NCBI GenBank assembly: GCA_046345275.1
Contig: JBKDJY010000081.1
Coordinates: 1 to 31,772, forward strand
Direction of reading: 5' to 3'
Length of the DNA: 31,772 bases
Source of the DNA: Bacteroidota bacterium
GTDB taxonomy: Bacteria; Bacteroidota; Bacteroidia; B-17B0; Aurantibacillaceae
Part shown: piece by piece, positions 27,946-31,772 of the stretch
Position numbering within the stretch: the first letter of the stretch is position 1
Layout: each line of letters opens with the position of its first letter
Notes under the pieces: generated by a model
What the model saw: the letters and a program-made list of their open reading frames with translations, nothing else
The model's database searches: none
What the model was told of the DNA's origin: nothing
Translations under genes and position numbers: made by a program

Positions 27946-28740
27946 TTATAAATCATTTGCATTTGCTATTAATTCTGCAACATCAAGCACTTTCGTTTTA
28001 TCTTCTTTGTTAAAATGCTTCACGCCATCGGTCATCATCGTATTACAAAATGGGCAACCAACAGCGATAACATCAGGATTAAGTGCCAGGGCTTCTTCTG
28101 CCCGTTCAACATTTACTTCCTTATTACCTTTTTCGGCTTCTTTAAACATTTGCGCTCCCCCTGCACCACAACAAAGTCCATTAGCTTTGCTTCTTTTCAT
28201 TTCTACTAATTCTACATCTAATTTTTGTATTACGCTGCGTGGTGCTTCGTAAACATTATTTGCTCTTCCTAAATAGCAAGGATCGTGAAACACAATTTTC
28301 TTTCCTTTAAATGTTCCGCCTTGTACTTTTAGTTTCCCCTCATTAATAAGTTGTTGAACCAATTCCGTGTGATGAATAACTTCATATTTTCCGCCTAGTT
28401 CAGGATATTCGTTTTTAAGGGTATTAAAACAATGCGGACAACCAGTTACAATTTTTTTTACTTCATAACCGTTTAAGATTGAAATATTTTGAAAGGCTTG
28501 CATTTGAAATAAAAATTCGTTTCCCGCTCTCTTTGCAGGATCTCCCGTGCAGCTTTCTTCAACTCCTAACACCGCAAAATTTGCTTGGACATGATTTAAT
28601 ATTCTAACAATTGCTTTTGTAATTTTTTTTGCCCTGTCATCAAAACTTCCGCTGCAACCAACCCAAAATAAAATATCAGGAGTTTCTCCTTTTGCAATTT
28701 TCTCTTGCATTGTTGGAACTATTATTGCCTTATCGCTCAT
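27946..28740 (-). CDS. (Fe-S)-binding CCG-domain protein (HdrD/GlpC-like oxidoreductase subunit)
   Basis: 264 aa with two cysteine-rich CCG-type domains (WVGCSGSFD...TGCPHC; DPCYLGR...GLCCGAGG...VGCPFC). Confidence 0.8.
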   Translation of the reverse strand: MSDKAIIVPTMQEKIAKGETPDILFWVGCSGSFDDRAKKITKAIVRILNHVQANFAVLGVEESCTGDPAKRAGNEFLFQMQAFQNISILNGYEVKKIVTGCPHCFNTLKNEYPELGGKYEVIHHTELVQQLINEGKLKVQGGTFKGKKIVFHDPCYLGRANNVYEAPRSVIQKLDVELVEMKRSKANGLCCGAGGAQMFKEAEKGNKEVNVERAEEALALNPDVIAVGCPFCNTMMTDGVKHFNKEDKTKVLDVAELIANANDL

Positions 28741-28751
28741 TTTATCAAATA

Positions 28752-30077
28752 TTATTTTTCGTTAACCCAATTTGCTCTATCACTTTGACTAAATTGCCAA
28801 GGCGCACCATTATTTTCTAAATTAGAAAAAATTGTGTTTAATTCCGTTGGAGCCAAACTTTGCTCTAACACCAACTGTTGTCTCATGCCAACAATAATTG
28901 CTAAGGGGTCAATATTTATAGGGCACTCCTGCACACAGGCATTGCAAGTATTGCAAGCCCAAATTTCTTCAGTGGTAATATAATTTCCTAATAATGATTT
29001 TCCGTCATCTACAAATGCGCCATGATTTGCATCCATATTTTTACCAACTTCAACCAATCTATCACGCGTATCCATCATGATTTTACGTGGAGATAATGCT
29101 TTTCCTGTTATATTTTGAGGACAAACAGATGTGCATCTACCACATTCGGTACAAGAATAAGCGTCCAACAAGTTTTTCCAAGATAAATCAGTAACGTCCT
29201 TTACGCCAAATTTGATGGTCGCATTGGGGTCTAACACCGACTGATAGGTTGGGTCAAAATTTGGTTTTACAACATCTGTTACCTCAAGCAAATTGGCAAA
29301 ACTTCCTTTTTGCTTTAAGTTACTAAAGTATGTATTTGGAAATGCAAGTAAAATATGCAAGTGTTTAGAAAATGGTAAATAATTTAAAAATGCAAACACC
29401 ATCCCTAAATGCCCCCACCAACCTATTCTTTCAATGACGATTAAGCCTTGGCTTGGCATGTTACCATACAATAATGGACCTAAATGTTTACTAATTAAAA
29501 ATGAAAATGAGCCGTCATTTAAATCAGCAGCATGTGAATTGCCTCTGGAATAAAGAACTTCATCGGCACCATTCATCATAAAAATGAAACAGATTAAAAC
29601 AATTTCGGCAATTAAAATAAAATTGGCATCTAACTTCGGCCAACCATTTAATTCACTTTTTACCAATCTTGGAATTTTTAAAAGATTCCTGCGCGCTAAA
29701 AAAGCGATGGTTCCAATAAATGCCAAAACAGATAATACTTCTATCAAACTAATCATGAATGTATAAAATGAACCCAATGCGGGACGAAATATCCTGTGAT
29801 GATTGGTAAGGCCATCCACTACAATTTCTATTAACTCTATCTGAGTAATCACAAACGCTACATACAAAAATAAATGCAAAATGGCAGGAATGGGACGGTT
29901 AAACATTTTTTTCTGCCCAAAAGCCACCAATAGCATGGTTTTAAAACGTTCACCTTTGTGATTGTTAATGACAATGCTTTTTCCCAATAATATATTGCGA
30001 CGAATTTTTTTTGCATTGATAACAAATAAACTACTTGCAATAATAAAAACGATACCAAAAATGATTGAAGAAATCAT
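28752..30077 (-). CDS. Membrane-anchored 4Fe-4S dicluster protein, partner of the CCG-domain subunit
   Basis: 441 aa. The N-terminal half is polytopic. The C-terminal part has two ferredoxin motifs, CTECGRCTSVCP and CNTCNACVQECP. Confidence 0.8.
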   Translation of the reverse strand: MISSIIFGIVFIIASSLFVINAKKIRRNILLGKSIVINNHKGERFKTMLLVAFGQKKMFNRPIPAILHLFLYVAFVITQIELIEIVVDGLTNHHRIFRPALGSFYTFMISLIEVLSVLAFIGTIAFLARRNLLKIPRLVKSELNGWPKLDANFILIAEIVLICFIFMMNGADEVLYSRGNSHAADLNDGSFSFLISKHLGPLLYGNMPSQGLIVIERIGWWGHLGMVFAFLNYLPFSKHLHILLAFPNTYFSNLKQKGSFANLLEVTDVVKPNFDPTYQSVLDPNATIKFGVKDVTDLSWKNLLDAYSCTECGRCTSVCPQNITGKALSPRKIMMDTRDRLVEVGKNMDANHGAFVDDGKSLLGNYITTEEIWACNTCNACVQECPINIDPLAIIVGMRQQLVLEQSLAPTELNTIFSNLENNGAPWQFSQSDRANWVNEK

Positions 30078-30086
30078 GAGTTAAAA

Positions 30087-31091
30087 TTAGGGCTTAATGT
30101 TGTTTTTAGTTGGTTCAGGAGATGGCTTATTTTTTTTGCCGAATACAGAAAAGTGAACATATCTACGAGGATTCGCTTTCACATCAATTAATAATTTATC
30201 CAAATCGGCACTTGATTGATTTAAATGATTGTACAATGAATCGTTTTTTAATAATTTTCCAATGGTTCCCTTTCCATTGTTTATTTGAGCCACCGTATTC
30301 CCCAATTCCTTTAACGTTTTATCAGCATTCGTAATTGCACTTTTCAATTCAGATTTTGCGATGCTATCAGATAAATTACTAAAGTTCGTAATGATATTGC
30401 TAATTTTATTTTTGTCGTTTTCCAAGGTTTCTGATAAGGAATTAAGATTTGATAAAATGGAAGATATTTTTTGTTTTTCTGAACCGACTAAATCATCCAG
30501 TTTGTAAGCCGTTTGTTCAAGACTCTCAATGGCTCGTTTTATACTTTCAAACGACTTATTTAAGTTGTCCCTCGTTCTATCATTTAATACAAATTGTACA
30601 ACCGTCATCACTGAATCGATGGAAGAAACTAAATCTTCTGCTTTATGCTGCAAAGGCGTAAGCTGCTTGCTAACTGCGGATTTCAATCCTTCTTCATTTT
30701 CCGCCAATAAAGTATCCCCAGATTTTACGAACTCAAGTTGATTACTATAAATAACTTCTACGGCCTTTGATCCTAATAAATCAGCACTAACAGATTTAGC
30801 GATGGAATGTATTGGTATATTGACTTCTTCATTGATTAAAAATTTTACCAGCACCGCGTATTTTCCGTCAATTTGTTTGATCAACGATATTTTATTTATT
30901 TGACCAACTTTATAGCCATTCACCAGCATTGGTGTTGCTTCAATTAATCCGTCGATTTTTGGATAAACGGCATATAATTCAAATCGGTCTGTAAATAAAT
31001 CCCTTCCCTTTAAGAAATTGAAACCCCAAATAGAGAGTCCAATAGATGCAGTAACAACAATGCCTATTTTAAATTCTCTGGTTATTTTCAT
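30087..31091 (-). CDS. MlaD/MCE-family lipid-transport protein
   Basis: 334 aa. The N-terminal TM anchor (IGIVVTASIGLSIWGF) is followed by an MCE barrel region (VNGYKVGQINKISL) and a long C-terminal helical region. Confidence 0.8.
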   Translation of the reverse strand: MKITREFKIGIVVTASIGLSIWGFNFLKGRDLFTDRFELYAVYPKIDGLIEATPMLVNGYKVGQINKISLIKQIDGKYAVLVKFLINEEVNIPIHSIAKSVSADLLGSKAVEVIYSNQLEFVKSGDTLLAENEEGLKSAVSKQLTPLQHKAEDLVSSIDSVMTVVQFVLNDRTRDNLNKSFESIKRAIESLEQTAYKLDDLVGSEKQKISSILSNLNSLSETLENDKNKISNIITNFSNLSDSIAKSELKSAITNADKTLKELGNTVAQINNGKGTIGKLLKNDSLYNHLNQSSADLDKLLIDVKANPRRYVHFSVFGKKNKPSPEPTKNNIKP

Positions 31092-31505
31092 ACGTTTAAA
31101 TTATTTTTTATTTGTTGCCATATGGAATATGTCTTTATCTACATTGTTGTTTGTTTTTAGCAAACTTTTTGTTACCAGCTGTTTTTATAATTCATTTTTC
31201 GATGGACTAATATAAAGAATAATATTTAATTAAATAATTGGAAAAACGAAGTTTACAATCGTCATTCTTAAAAAACAATCATGATTTTTAGCGACTTAAA
31301 AAGATTGATTATCGAATAATTTTTATACTTATGTTCCGCCAGTAATTGGATTCCTTTCATAGTCAATGGCATTTCTAGATGACAATGTGCTGTTTAGATC
31401 AAAATACAAATTATTAGAAGGGCAATTACCTTTCATTTCTTACCCAATTATCTTTTTATATGCCAAAGCAGCTAAAGTTTTGAGAAATTAAAGACAGATA
31501 TAATA

Positions 31506-31533
31506 CGGAGTTCGAATCTCTCCAGATCCACCA
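31506..31533 (+). other. Orphan tRNA-Ala/tmRNA-like 3' end (T-arm, 3' acceptor strand, ACCA) with no detectable 5' half
   Basis: The sequence cggag-TTCGAAT-ctctc-cagatcc-A-CCA has a canonical T-loop. The 7-nt acceptor strand has U at the position that would pair with G3, plus discriminator A and an encoded CCA. The required 5' strand GGGTCTG or GGATCTG is absent from the preceding ~400 nt. Confidence 0.4.
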
Positions 31534-31537
31534 ACTT

Positions 31538-31568
31538 AAAAAGCCCTTGCGTTACAAGGGCTTTTTTT
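31538..31568. terminator. Bidirectional intrinsic terminator
   Basis: aaaaagcccttg-cgtta-caagggcttttttt forms a 12-bp stem with an A-run on the left and a T-run on the right. It lies between the tRNA-like 3' end (+) and the convergent T9SS-tail gene (-). Confidence 0.85.
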
Positions 31569-31601
31569 ATATATAACTTCAACTTGTTTGTTAAAATCAT
31601 C

Positions 31602-31772
31602 CTACCTCCCAATCACAAATTTCTTAAGCGCTCGCTCGTTGCTATTAAATATTTTGATGAAATAAACAGCTTCGGCCAGGTTGCTCACATCAATTTTGAA
31701 GGCTTCGCCATTCTTTAAGTTCACGTTGTTGAGGGTAATTAAGGTTTGCCCTAAAACCGTATACACGCCAAT
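31602..31772 (-). CDS. C-terminal end of a secreted protein with a T9SS (Por) C-terminal sorting domain; the rest lies outside the window
   Basis: The reverse strand translates without a stop as IGVYTVLGQTLITLNNVNLKNGEAFKIDVSNLAEAVYFIKIFNSNERALKKFVIGR*. This is the typical type A T9SS sorting tail (Y..LG......L.....IDVS.L..GVYF.KI......K.V). Confidence 0.7.
   Translation of the reverse strand: MGVYTVLGQTLITLNNVNLKNGEAFKIDVSNLAEAVYFIKIFNSNERALKKFVIGR

Noticed and set aside
31100-31535. A full-length tmRNA (ssrA) gene ending at the ACCA at 31533
   Set aside because: No 5' acceptor strand complementary to CAGATCC, no GGG-initiated 5' end, no TTCGAC-type D-loop analogue, and no clean tag ORF ending in AA-stop. 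The tract is far more AT-rich than any tmRNA body I know, so only the 3' fragment is reported.

Overview
This is an AT-rich chromosomal segment that looks like Bacteroidota. Supporting signs are a T9SS-type C-terminal sorting tail at the right edge, Cys-lipoprotein signal peptides, a split membrane Fe-S/CCG oxidoreductase pair, and TTG starts with very short leaders. Most of the window is ordinary housekeeping: cysQ, feoAB, prfC, pepP, fabI, asnS, truB, an MlaD/MCE protein and a methyltransferase-GT2 fusion. By eye I found no rRNA, no complete tRNA and no CRISPR array. The main accessory region is a visibly G+C-richer type I restriction-modification island at about 15.5-23.3 kb, between asnS and a DUF1648-like membrane protein gene. 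Its order is hsdR, RAYT, hsdM, BroN-Fic, hsdS. The island has five unusual features. (1) A complete AT-rich GIY-YIG nuclease module sits in-frame inside the HsdR C-terminal domain, bracketed by GC-rich inverted repeats. (2) hsdR is also broken by a 1-nt frameshift about 70 codons before its end. (3) An IS200-like Y1 (REP-associated, RAYT-type) transposase with flanking inverted REP hairpins lies between hsdR and hsdM. (4) Four hairpins, at least one with the same GGC-TAAA-GCC core as the REPs, are inserted in-frame in the central spacer of hsdS. (5) A Bro-N/Fic fusion gene is translationally coupled to hsdM. Other candidates are a two-gene cassette of a small protein plus an SDH-family Clp-fold serine protease (25.0-26.2 kb), a compact operon of a membrane protein, a Cys-rich lipoprotein and a minimal Kv channel (9.86-11.5 kb), an orphan tRNA-Ala/tmRNA-like 3' end with a terminator (31.5 kb), and an IS982 transposase fragment at the left edge. 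All functional calls rest on motifs read from the translations. No database search was run.
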